Positions 18,374 to 27,830 of a stretch of DNA of 64,000 nt are shown here, one piece after another (the first letter of the stretch is position 1; every line of letters begins with the position of its first letter). The notes below the pieces were generated by a model. It had not been told where the DNA came from. It saw only the letters and a list, made by a program, of their open reading frames with translations, and ran no database searches. The stretch comes from an uncultured Bacteroidota bacterium (GTDB lineage Bacteria > Bacteroidota > Bacteroidia > Chitinophagales > Chitinophagaceae): positions 800,564-864,563 of the forward strand of contig OY969813.1 of the NCBI GenBank assembly GCA_963703355.1. Reading direction: 5' to 3'. Position numbers and translations under genes: made by a program.

Positions 18374-20448
18374 CGGTCTTATTATATTTCGTTAAAACGA
18401 TATTGATTTCAGCTTTACTTTTTGCCTATTACAGCTTGTTCTTAAAAAACAGGCCACTCCATACGTTCAACAGATACTTCCTGATGAGTATCCCGTTTAT
18501 TAGCTTATTACTTCCGCTATTTCATTTTAACCTGCCCACATGCTGGAATCAACCAAATTCTGGCTCTCCCATTATTTTACTCGGTGTCGGACAGGGAAAA
18601 CTGGAGGAAGCTGTAACCGTTTATGCACACCAGCATCAGGGTACGGACATATCCTGGCAACGACTGTTGTTGCTTTTTTCTTTAATGATTACAATAATCC
18701 TTTTAATTCGCCTGTCGAAATCTATACATTTCATTTATCAATTGCGTAGAGAAAAGCCCCACCTTAAGCTACCTGATGCCATCGTCTATTTTGTTACTGA
18801 AAAAGGCACGCCTTTTTCTTTTTTAAAATTTATTTTCTGGGGAAAAGACCTCGAACTCGCAAGTGAAGCCGGCAGTCAGGTACTGCTGCACGAACTCTTT
18901 CATGTAAAAAACAATCACACAACGGACATTGTTTTGCTGGAGAGTTTGTCGGCTGTCTGCTGGTTCAATCCTTTTTTTCATTTGCTGAAAAACGAAATAA
19001 AAACTGTTCACGAATACGCCGCCGACGCCTGGGTGACTTCCAAAACAGATACTTATTCATACGCGAGTCTCCTGCTGTTGAAAATTTCCGGAGTCGCACT
19101 TCCGCTTACACATCCATTTTTCAAAAACCAGATAAAAAGAAGAATTGCCATGATGACAAATAACAAAAAATACAAAACCGCCTTTATAGGCAGATTGATG
19201 GTCCTCCCACTGATTGCTGTATTAACAGGTGTTTTTTCTTTCAAAGGAAAACCACTTTCGATATTCTCCCCTAAAACAGTCAGAGTCGTGATTGATGCCG
19301 GACATGGAGGTGATTTTGTCGGAGCACAGGTAAATGGGGCGCTGGAAAAAAATATCAACCTGGAGATTGCAAAAAAAATCAAGTCTCTTTCACCGGAATA
19401 TAATGTAGAAGTGATCATGACAAGAGAATCAGACCAGACCCCTGGTAGTAAAGATTTAAAAAAATCATTGGAATATATCGCGGCACTTCCAAAAAATGAA
19501 AATGCCGATCTGTTCATTTCCATTCATTCCAATTTGTTAAACGAAAATCAGGGGCAATCACAGACTGACAAATCCGGTTTCCAGATTTTTATTCCGCCAA
19601 ACTCAAACCAGATGTATCAGCGTTCACTTCGTTTCGGATCCGTAATTTCCAGCGCCATCAAATCCGATTATACTATTGAACCGCAGTTAAAACAAACTGC
19701 TGATAATGGGAGCCACATACTGATTTTGAATAGAGCAACGGTACCCTCCATTTTAATTGAATGCGGTTACATGGACAATCCCTCAGACTTGAAATATCTG
19801 TTGGATGAAAAGAATGAGGAAAAAATTGCGCGCGATATCCTCGAAGGAATTCGAAAATATGCAATGCAAAAAAGCTATACCTATTCAACGCAAATGAAGA
19901 ATTCGCCGGATATCATTTTACCCGCCGACACACTGACGTATGAAGCAATGAACAAACTTGATGTGAATGATATAAAGGCCGTAAATGTAGACAGAAAAAA
20001 CAATCTGATAACAATAGCTGAAAAAAACGGAAAAGTATTTGTTGTAGTGATCACGGAAGAATTGAAACGTAAAATGGATTTAACACAAAACTCTACGGCA
20101 GAAACTGATATAGGGATCGACCGGAATAAGGTGTTCACCAAGGTAGAAGTAGAAGCCGAATATCCCGGCGGATATGCCGCCTGGTGCGAATACTTATCAA
20201 AAAATCTGAAATATCCTGATGAAGCTGTTCAAAAAGAAATAAAAGGAATGGTTATAACCGAGTTCATCGTAAAGTCAAATGGAGATCTCACCAATATTCA
20301 TATAATAAGTGGCCCTAAAGAGTTGAGGGAAGCGTCCATGAACGTTATTAAGGGAAGTGGTAAATGGACGCCTGCAAAACAAAAAGGAATTGCGGTTGAT
20401 TCTTATCACCGGCAACCCATCGTTTATAAATTAGAACCGCAGAACTAA
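18370..20448 (+). CDS. BlaR1/MecR1-type M56 membrane metalloprotease fused to an N-acetylmuramoyl-L-alanine amidase domain and a TonB C-terminal domain
   Basis: 692 aa. The N-terminal TM region carries HELFHVKNNH (HEXXH). The amidase_3-like segment has VVIDAGHGGDFVGAQ...LEKNINLEIAKKI...ADLFISIHSN. The C-terminus EAEYPGGYAAWCEYLSKNLKYPDEAVQKEIKGMVITEFIV is TonB_C-like. Confidence 0.75.
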   Translation: MTVLLYFVKTILISALLFAYYSLFLKNRPLHTFNRYFLMSIPFISLLLPLFHFNLPTCWNQPNSGSPIILLGVGQGKLEEAVTVYAHQHQGTDISWQRLLLLFSLMITIILLIRLSKSIHFIYQLRREKPHLKLPDAIVYFVTEKGTPFSFLKFIFWGKDLELASEAGSQVLLHELFHVKNNHTTDIVLLESLSAVCWFNPFFHLLKNEIKTVHEYAADAWVTSKTDTYSYASLLLLKISGVALPLTHPFFKNQIKRRIAMMTNNKKYKTAFIGRLMVLPLIAVLTGVFSFKGKPLSIFSPKTVRVVIDAGHGGDFVGAQVNGALEKNINLEIAKKIKSLSPEYNVEVIMTRESDQTPGSKDLKKSLEYIAALPKNENADLFISIHSNLLNENQGQSQTDKSGFQIFIPPNSNQMYQRSLRFGSVISSAIKSDYTIEPQLKQTADNGSHILILNRATVPSILIECGYMDNPSDLKYLLDEKNEEKIARDILEGIRKYAMQKSYTYSTQMKNSPDIILPADTLTYEAMNKLDVNDIKAVNVDRKNNLITIAEKNGKVFVVVITEELKRKMDLTQNSTAETDIGIDRNKVFTKVEVEAEYPGGYAAWCEYLSKNLKYPDEAVQKEIKGMVITEFIVKSNGDLTNIHIISGPKELREASMNVIKGSGKWTPAKQKGIAVDSYHRQPIVYKLEPQN

Positions 20449-20471
20449 TCTATTTCGCGTCTGATTACCTT

Positions 20472-21616
20472 ATGAAGAAATCTGCTTTCATCGTATTCAT
20501 CATCGCATTCATATGTGCGAAATCCGATGCACAAAATCCCGATAAAGAAAAAATAAACGATTATTTTCAAAATCAACAGTACGAAGACGCGGTAGATTAC
20601 CTGAACCCTTTTTATAAAAAGGATTCCAATAACTACTTGTTCTGAATTCTCTGGGTTATGCCCACTACATGAGTGATGAGAAAGAAAAAGCCGGACCTTA
20701 TTTCGAAAAGATTTTTGATACCGATTCCAACAACATCGCTGCAAATCAGTACCTGGCAAATATTGAAATAGCTGCAAACAATTACAATAAAGCCAAGACA
20801 TACATCTTCCGTCTCACGCATATCAATCCGGGCCGCTCCTCTTATTATCGCATACTCGCTGGTATCTATAAAAAGAACCGGGAGGAAGACTCTGCCCGAT
20901 TCTTTTATGAACATGCTTACAGACTTTCACCGGGCGATAACAAAAATATCGCCGCTTATGCCGACATCCTGATCGACGACCGTAATTACATCAGAGCCGA
21001 TAGTGTACTCAAAGGAGGACTGGTCAGAGATTCAGCGAACAGCTCTTTGCTGAAATTACTTTTTCAATCTTCCTATGATTCCAAAAACTACGCAGGCATG
21101 ATTCTTCCGGGTGAAAAACTGGTCGCTTTGGGCGAAATGCAGGTACCCATTTTAAATAAACTTGTTTTCGCTTATTATTCTTTAAAAAAATATCAGCATT
21201 GTATTTCCCTTTGTGAAATGATGGACTCGGATCTCATCGCCGGAGAATCAATCATATATTATGAGTCCATGTGCTGGTTAAAACTGGCAAATTTGCCACG
21301 CAGTAATGAATTGCTCGAGAAATGTCTTCGCTCATCCATCTCAAAAACATCGGAATTGTATTTTTACAACCTCGGTCGAAACTATGAGACCCTCGGAAAA
21401 TACCGAAGAGCTCTTAGTGAGTATGATACTGCCTATTATCTGTTTAAAAATCCGATGATGTTATATTATCAGGGGCGCATTTACGATGCACACCTGAAAA
21501 ATTACCAGACGGCTAAAAAATATTATTCAAAATACCTGAAAATAGTAGCACCTGATCCGGGTGAGGATAATAAAATGTATCAAATGGTAAAAGCGAGGTA
21601 TCAGGATCTGAAATAA
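20472..21616 (+). pseudogene. TPR-repeat secreted protein gene interrupted by a one-base frameshift, or a sequencing error
   Basis: A 57-aa ORF (20472-20645) encodes MKKSAFIVFIIAFICAKSDAQ... and ends ...DSNNYLF*. The -1 frame continues from 20633 as LLVLNSLGYAHYMSDEKEK..., running into the 315-aa TPR ORF (20669-21616). Confidence 0.6.
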
Positions 21617-21620
21617 TTGA

Positions 21621-22793
21621 CTAAAAACCAATTTGATTTTTGCCTGTATCGATCAGCAGTTCTTTTTTCTCCGATGTTTCCATCCTCCCGATAATCTTTG
21701 CCTCAAGACCAAATTCACGGATCATTGTTAATATGCTTTCGGAGGCACCGGCATCGGCATAAATTTCCAGACGCTGACCCATATTAAAAACCTGGTACAT
21801 TTCACGATCATCGGCACCTGAAGTCTTCCTGATCAGGTCAAAGATGACCGGAGGTTTAAAAAGATTGTCCTTGACAATCCGCATAGGACCCGGTAAATAT
21901 TTTAAACATTTCGTCTGTCCTCCCCCACTGCTATGAATCATACCATGAACCTGATTAAAATAATCCTCCATCAACACTTTTACAACAGGTGCATACGTGC
22001 GCGTGGGACTCAATAACAACTTACCAACCTGCCATTCTTCGCCCGTTTCTGTTTTTATCAGGTCGGTCATTTTGTAACTTCCGGTATAAATAACATCTTT
22101 ATCCAGCGCCGGCTCTACCGTCTCCGGATAATAATGACCATAACTGGCTTCCAGCACATCGTGCCTTGCACTGGTTAGCCCATTACTGCCTATTCCACTG
22201 TTGTACACTTTTTCATACGACGATTTTCCGCTGCTGGATATTCCAATGATCAGATCACCGGGGGTTAACTTTTCATTGGTAATCAGTTTTGATTTTTGCC
22301 AACGTGCCGTCATCGTACCGTTCACCGCAATCGTTCTCACCAGGTCCCCCACATCAGCAGTCTCGCCTCCTAAAAAATGAATCGAAACACCAATCGCTTT
22401 CATTTCATCAAAAAACTCCTGCGTACCTTCAATAACTGCCCGTAACACGTCTCCTGGAATCCGCGATTTGTTGCGGTCAATCGTAGACGAAAACAACAGA
22501 TTATCATAAATGCCAACGCATAAAAGATCATCCAGGTTCATGGCAACGGCGTCACGGGCTATATCCCTCCATACAGAAATGTCTCCCGTTTCCTTCCAAT
22601 ATAAATAAGCGAGTATACTCTTCGTGCCGGCACCATCGGCGTGCATGATGTTTATCCAGTTTGCATCTTTCCCCAAAAAATCCTCGTATACTTTACAAAA
22701 AGCGTAAGGATAGAGTCCCTTATCAAGACTGGCAGTTGCCTGATGCACTTCTTCTTTCTGGGCCGAAACACCCCGTCTGGTGTAAAGAGACAT
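21621..22793 (-). CDS. purM: phosphoribosylformylglycinamidine cyclo-ligase (AIR synthase, long Bacteroidota form)
   Basis: 390 aa with N-terminal YTRRGVSAQKEEVHQA, MHADGAGTKS and the AIR-synthase-type fold motif HSSGGGQTK. Confidence 0.75.
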   Translation of the reverse strand: MSLYTRRGVSAQKEEVHQATASLDKGLYPYAFCKVYEDFLGKDANWINIMHADGAGTKSILAYLYWKETGDISVWRDIARDAVAMNLDDLLCVGIYDNLLFSSTIDRNKSRIPGDVLRAVIEGTQEFFDEMKAIGVSIHFLGGETADVGDLVRTIAVNGTMTARWQKSKLITNEKLTPGDLIIGISSSGKSSYEKVYNSGIGSNGLTSARHDVLEASYGHYYPETVEPALDKDVIYTGSYKMTDLIKTETGEEWQVGKLLLSPTRTYAPVVKVLMEDYFNQVHGMIHSSGGGQTKCLKYLPGPMRIVKDNLFKPPVIFDLIRKTSGADDREMYQVFNMGQRLEIYADAGASESILTMIREFGLEAKIIGRMETSEKKELLIDTGKNQIGF

Positions 22794-22818
22794 ATAAAAC
22801 CCTGGTTTTATTCAGCGG

Positions 22819-22826
22819 CAAAGCTA
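22819..22826 (-). promoter_or_regulatory. candidate -7 box (TAGCTTTG on the minus strand) for purM
   Basis: TAnnTTTG match 26 nt upstream of the purM ATG. Confidence 0.35.
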
Positions 22827-22903
22827 ATCGAATCGGAGAGCCGACAAATGAAAAATAGAAATTTTAATTCATACCATTCAATTTTATAAATTCGCTGCAG
22901 ATT

Positions 22904-23836
22904 TTGAATATGCTGGTTTACAGGAATACCAATCACTTACCCGATTTTCGCAACGCTGTATTAACTATTGGAACTTTCGACGGCGTCCACTCAGGTCACC
23001 AGCAGATTATCTCCCAATTAAGAAAACGTGCCACAGAAGTAAACGGCGAAACGGTTATTGTAACCTTCGACCCACACCCCCGAACAATTATCAACGCAAA
23101 TTCGGGAATTAGAATTATCAATACACTGGATGAAAAAATAGAATTACTCTCAGATAAAGGCATCGATCACCTCGTGATCGTCCCCTTTACAGAAGAATTC
23201 GCACAACTATCTGCCGAAGATTATATCGGTCGTTTTCTAATTCGTTATTTTAAACCACATACGCTCATCATCGGGTATGATCATCATTTTGGAAAAGGTC
23301 GTGCAGGCAACTACGAACTACTGAAACTACATACAACTATTTACGATTATCAGTTGATGGAAATACCAGCGCACGTGCTGGATTCCATTTCAGTGAGTTC
23401 CACGCGCATACGCCAGGCCGTTGAACAGGGTGACATGGATATTGCTAACAGTCTGCTCGCCTACACTTATTTTTTCAGCGGCATAGTGACCGAAGGAAAT
23501 AAGCTGGGTCGAACCATTGGTTATCCGACAGCCAATTTACAGATTCTGGAAAAATCAAAACTGCTTCCAGGCGATGGCGTTTATGTGGTGGATGTCGAAT
23601 CTTCCGATGAACCGGATAAAATTTATCGGGGTATGATGAATATTGGTTTCCGGCCAACCGTGGATGGAACTAAAAGAACCATTGAAGTCAATATCTTTCA
23701 TTTCAACCGCGATATCTATGGAAAGACACTGAAAGTCTATGTAAGAAAATTCCTTCGATCCGAAATAAAATTCAGCGGACTCGACGAACTCAAAGCCCAA
23801 CTCGCGGAAGACAGAACTGAAAGTATGAAAGTATAA
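22904..23836 (+). CDS. ribF: bifunctional riboflavin kinase / FAD synthetase
   Basis: 310 aa with N-terminal IGTFDGVHSGHQ (nucleotidyltransferase) and the C-terminal kinase motif GRTIGYPTANL...EVNIFHFNRDIYG. Confidence 0.9.
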   Translation: MNMLVYRNTNHLPDFRNAVLTIGTFDGVHSGHQQIISQLRKRATEVNGETVIVTFDPHPRTIINANSGIRIINTLDEKIELLSDKGIDHLVIVPFTEEFAQLSAEDYIGRFLIRYFKPHTLIIGYDHHFGKGRAGNYELLKLHTTIYDYQLMEIPAHVLDSISVSSTRIRQAVEQGDMDIANSLLAYTYFFSGIVTEGNKLGRTIGYPTANLQILEKSKLLPGDGVYVVDVESSDEPDKIYRGMMNIGFRPTVDGTKRTIEVNIFHFNRDIYGKTLKVYVRKFLRSEIKFSGLDELKAQLAEDRTESMKV

Positions 23837-23917
23837 GAGTATAGGAGTGCTTTATTGGCTTGCTCATTCTTACACTCCTATACTCCTATACTCTTATTCT
23901 CTTATACTCTTATACTA
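23837..23917. repeat. shared hairpin plus 8-nt stutter tracts between convergent ribF and holA
   Basis: GAGTATAGGAGTG follows the ribF TAA directly on the plus strand. Its complement CACTCCTATACTC (23873-) begins a CTATACTC/TTATTCTC/TTATACTC tract that runs up to the holA stop. Confidence 0.8.
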
Positions 23918-23918
23918 T

Positions 23919-24920
23919 TTAAGGCCATATCATCTTCGTGATAAGTTCTTTGAGCAAGGCCCCATCCTCAGTGTTGATGGCTCCTACACCCACACTCTTC
24001 AGGTTGTATTGATGCAACAACAGCAATACATTCTCGGTACCTGTGAAACCGTAGTTTTTAGCAGCCAGTAAATAATCTTTTACAAAATAAGGAGACACGC
24101 CCAGCGCAGAAGCAGTTGTTTTTTCGTCCGGCGCTGCCAAAGCGAATATCATATATACTTTGCTGAAGAAACTATAGAGTGAGGGTAAAACCAGCTGTAT
24201 GGGGCCTGCTTTCGGATTACTGTCGAAGTATTGAATAATGCGCAATGCCTTCGCCATATCCTTCCTCACCAGTGCAGCAGTAAGCTCAAATGCATTGTAT
24301 TCCTTGCTGATGCCCACATATTTTTCTACATCATCTTCATGGATCGATTTTCTTGTACCCAGATTGATATGTATCTTTTCTATCTCACTTTTTATCCGCG
24401 TAAGATCATTACCAATATGATCAATCAACAAACTCAATCCCATCTGGGTAATCGTAAGCCCCATCGATTGCAGTAAGCCCGTTACCCATTCCGGCAGCTG
24501 GTTGTCGTACATTTTTTTTGTGGAAAGCAGCTCGCCTTTTTCTTTCAGCAATTTGGCCAACTTGCCACGACCATCTACTTTTTTGTCTTTATAAGAAACA
24601 ACAAACACAGTAGATGACAGCGGTTGTTGAATATAAGGTTCCAGTTTCGCAATGTCGCGCATCTGTTGTGCTTCCTTTAACAATACTACCTGCCTCTCCG
24701 CAAACATGGGATACCGGCGACAGGCATTGATAACATTCGCCCAGTCTGCGTCCTTTCCATAAAAAACAGAAAGGTTAAAAGCTTTTTCTTCTTCCGGTAA
24801 AATCTGATGCTCGGCGAAATCCATTACCTCATTAATAAAATATTCTTCTTCTCCTTCCAGCCAGTAAACAGGTTTGAAATTTTTTTTCTTCCACTCTCTT
24901 ATTATAAGTTCCGGAGTCAA
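23919..24920 (-). CDS. holA: DNA polymerase III delta subunit
   Basis: 333 aa with a TTG start, N-terminal KPVYWLEGEEEYFI and overall HolA-like length and layout. Confidence 0.75.
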   Translation of the reverse strand: MTPELIIREWKKKNFKPVYWLEGEEEYFINEVMDFAEHQILPEEEKAFNLSVFYGKDADWANVINACRRYPMFAERQVVLLKEAQQMRDIAKLEPYIQQPLSSTVFVVSYKDKKVDGRGKLAKLLKEKGELLSTKKMYDNQLPEWVTGLLQSMGLTITQMGLSLLIDHIGNDLTRIKSEIEKIHINLGTRKSIHEDDVEKYVGISKEYNAFELTAALVRKDMAKALRIIQYFDSNPKAGPIQLVLPSLYSFFSKVYMIFALAAPDEKTTASALGVSPYFVKDYLLAAKNYGFTGTENVLLLLHQYNLKSVGVGAINTEDGALLKELITKMIWP

Positions 24921-24992
24921 AATCTATTTTTTGCTCGCAAGATATTTTGTTTTGGTTTATGTTAAATGAAATGGGTATGATCTTCGAAGAGT

Positions 24993-25026
24993 AACCCAAA
25001 ACCCAAAACCCATAACTCATAACCAG
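24993..25026. repeat. 7-nt stutter tract (AACCCAA AACCCAA AACCCAT AACTCAT AACC)
   Basis: Tandem drifting 7-mers. The last 18 nt, CCCATAACTCATAACCAG, are identical to 35412-35429. Confidence 0.8.
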
Positions 25027-25178
25027 TTAACTATCAATCATATACGCGTAGTTAAAATCTGCACAGCCAGTGCATAAATGTAAAATTGGCACGGTTTTAG
25101 ACTAACTCCATACCGGAAACCTTTCTAAACCGCGTTTCCCTTAGAAAATAACAATTTTTAAAATAAAAAGTACAAACC

Positions 25179-26156
25179 ATGAGCACGACCAATTACCCAT
25201 CTGCAACGCCACAAAGTCAACCACCGAAAAAGGATTTTAAGAATCTGGTTATCGGTTTATTGGCTGCAGGATTCCTCGGAACCTGGGGTTATTTGTTATG
25301 GAACAATAACAAACAGGAACAGGTTCAGCAGAGTCAGCAAACTCAGATCGCTAAAGTAACAGACGAAAAAGGTGCATTACAGAAGAATTTCGATGACGCC
25401 CTCGTTCGCCTGGATTCACTAACTGGCACTAACAACCGCTTGCAGACGCAGCTATCGGGCGCTAATTCTGATATCGCTAAGAAAAAAGCAGAAATCAGAG
25501 GAATCCTCGGTAAGAAGAACGCAACGGTGGCTGAATTGAATAAAGCGAAATCTCTGATTGCAGATCTGAATACGAAGATCACTGATCTTCAGGCTCAGGT
25601 GGCTACATTGACTACTCAGAATACGCAGCTTACAGCTGACAAAACTCAGCTAACTGCTGACAAAGAAAAACTGACTTCAGATCTTTCTACTACAACATCA
25701 CAAAAAGATGATCTGGAAAAGAAAGTAGATATCGCTTCTACACTGAACGCTTCTAACATTTCTGTCGTTCCCGTAAAGGATCAGAAGAACGGAAAAGAAA
25801 AAGTTACAACTACAGCTAAAAGAGTTGATAAACTGATTATCTCTTTCGATGTTAACAATCGTATCGCTCAGACTGGCCAGACAGACGTTTATGTTTGTAT
25901 CACTGGTCCGGATGGCAAACCAATCTCTGTACCTGCTTTAGGTTCAGGAACTTTTGCCAGCCGCGATGAAGGAGATAAAATCTTCACAGCTAAAGTACCA
26001 GTAGATATCGAAGCTGGTAAAACAAAATCTGTACAGTTTGCATGGAAACAATCCGGTGCATTCATACCAGGTGCCTACAAAATTGAAATCTATCACAATG
26101 GTTTCAAAATCGGCGAAGACACTAAAGAATTAAAAAAAGGTGGACTATTTAGTTAA
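25179..26156 (+). CDS. membrane-anchored coiled-coil protein with a beta-rich C-terminal domain, function unknown
   Basis: 325 aa with one N-terminal TM helix (LVIGLLAAGFLGTWGYLLW). A long Q/T/K-rich coiled coil includes the tandem heptads TQLTADK TQLTADK EKLTSDL. Confidence 0.5.
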   Translation: MSTTNYPSATPQSQPPKKDFKNLVIGLLAAGFLGTWGYLLWNNNKQEQVQQSQQTQIAKVTDEKGALQKNFDDALVRLDSLTGTNNRLQTQLSGANSDIAKKKAEIRGILGKKNATVAELNKAKSLIADLNTKITDLQAQVATLTTQNTQLTADKTQLTADKEKLTSDLSTTTSQKDDLEKKVDIASTLNASNISVVPVKDQKNGKEKVTTTAKRVDKLIISFDVNNRIAQTGQTDVYVCITGPDGKPISVPALGSGTFASRDEGDKIFTAKVPVDIEAGKTKSVQFAWKQSGAFIPGAYKIEIYHNGFKIGEDTKELKKGGLFS

Positions 26157-26180
26157 GGGTTAAGGCTTACTTATATAGAA

Positions 26181-26211
26181 CTGTCCCGCCAATGGCGGGA
26201 CAGTTTTTTTT
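26181..26211 (+). terminator. intrinsic terminator
   Basis: CTGTCCCGCC-aat-GGCGGGACAG followed by TTTTTTTT. Confidence 0.85.
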
Positions 26212-26368
26212 GTGCCCTGGCCAATCCCTACAGAGGTTTATCAATTGGATACAATCTTATTTGATACCTTATATTATAATCCCGAGAAACATTTTATTAT
26301 TTACACGCTGATAAAAATGCAGAACTTTGTTGTAACTGAAATACCTACCGAAAAGAATTACCTGCATT

Positions 26369-27733
26369 ATGAATATCATCAATCAGTTCTCTTCTATAGC
26401 TGAAAATTATTTATCAGGCACAAGCCTAAATCCTGTCAGCCCCTCTGCGGAGTCAATTAAACTACTGCAAGTTTTAAACGAACCCCTGCAGCATGATACC
26501 ATGTCCCCCGAAGAAGTACTCGATCTGCTGGATTCAAAGGGATCACCCGCAACGGTGAAAACAACTGGTGGCAGATATTTCGGATTTGTTACCGGAGGTT
26601 CGCTTCCTGCGGCTATGATGGCGAGACTCCTGGCAACTGTTTGGGATCAGAATGGCTGTTTGTATGTAATGTCTCCTATATCTGCATTGCTGGAAGAAAT
26701 TAGCAGCGCCTGGCTGATTGAAATGTTGGGCCTGTCATCACAAACTGCTGTGGGTTTTGTAACCGGAGCCACCATGGCAAATTTTGCTGCACTGACCAGT
26801 GCACGTCATGAACTTCTTCGCAATGCTGGATGGGATGCGGAAGCACAGGGATTGTTCAACGCCCCGGAAATCACGGTGATTACCGGCGATGAAGTACACG
26901 TGAGTCTTTTAAAGGCACTGAATATGGTGGGATTTGGCAGAGAAAGAATTATAAGAGTTCCGGCAGACGATCAGGGAAGAATGATAGCCAATAAAATACC
27001 AGCCACAAAAGGACCAACTGTTATTTGTCTTCAGGCAGGTAATGTGAACTCGGGTTCTTTTGATCCGATTGAAGAAATCTGCCGAAATAAAAAAGAAAAT
27101 ACCTGGATTCATATTGATGGTGCATTTGGGCTGTGGGCGGCCGTTTCTCCCGAAACCCGTCACCTGACGAAAGGAATTGAACTGGCAGATTCACTGGCTA
27201 CCGATGCACACAAATGGTTAAATGTACCTTACGATTGCGGACTTGTTTTCGTAAAAAAAAGAGAAACCTTATTTAAATCACTATCCGCAACTGCGGCTTA
27301 TTTACCTGAAACAAATCACAGAGAGCCATTTCAGTTCGTCCCTGAAATGTCAAGAGAAGCACGTGGTATTCCCGTTTGGGCAGCGTTAAAATCACTTGGC
27401 AGAAAAGGACTGGCTGAACTCATTGAAAGAAACTGTGCCGCCGCACGTCAGTTTGCCAACGGATTAAAAGCCGCAGGATTTGATATATTAAATGATGTGG
27501 TCTTAAATCAGGTACTTGTAAGTTTCGGTGATTCAGCTACAACCCTTGCTGTTATTAAGGGAATCCAGGACGAGGGTACATGTTGGTGCGGCGGAACCAC
27601 CTGGCATGGAAAAACAGCCATGAGGATCAGCGTTAGTTCCTGGGCTACCACGGAACAGGATGTAAAAATATCATTGGCCGCAATGCTAAAGGTTGCTAAT
27701 AACATACTTCTCCCTGGTCAAACCAGGCATTGA
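26369..27733 (+). CDS. pyridoxal-phosphate-dependent decarboxylase (group II / fold-type I)
   Basis: 454 aa with SLATDAHKWLNVPYDCG (PLP-lysine motif of group II decarboxylases) and HIDGAFG upstream. Substrate unknown. Confidence 0.7.
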   Translation: MNIINQFSSIAENYLSGTSLNPVSPSAESIKLLQVLNEPLQHDTMSPEEVLDLLDSKGSPATVKTTGGRYFGFVTGGSLPAAMMARLLATVWDQNGCLYVMSPISALLEEISSAWLIEMLGLSSQTAVGFVTGATMANFAALTSARHELLRNAGWDAEAQGLFNAPEITVITGDEVHVSLLKALNMVGFGRERIIRVPADDQGRMIANKIPATKGPTVICLQAGNVNSGSFDPIEEICRNKKENTWIHIDGAFGLWAAVSPETRHLTKGIELADSLATDAHKWLNVPYDCGLVFVKKRETLFKSLSATAAYLPETNHREPFQFVPEMSREARGIPVWAALKSLGRKGLAELIERNCAAARQFANGLKAAGFDILNDVVLNQVLVSFGDSATTLAVIKGIQDEGTCWCGGTTWHGKTAMRISVSSWATTEQDVKISLAAMLKVANNILLPGQTRH

Positions 27734-27830
27734 AATTGAAGTATTTAACAGGTAAAAAAGTAAGAAAACATTCTTTTTTACGTTAAATGCGAACCGTCCC
27801 CTGCTTTACCATCCTATTTAAACATACCTG

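Noticed and set aside
20631-20645. Programmed -1 ribosomal frameshift joining the signal-peptide ORF to the TPR ORF.
   Set aside because: There is no slippery heptamer and no obvious downstream stimulatory structure. A mutation or sequencing error is the simpler explanation.
24993-25026. G-quadruplex formation by the GGG-containing complements of the stutter tracts (also 29433-29456 and 35392-35429).
   Set aside because: Each tract has only three GGG runs, and a canonical intramolecular G4 needs four. This is kept only as a side remark, not a claim.
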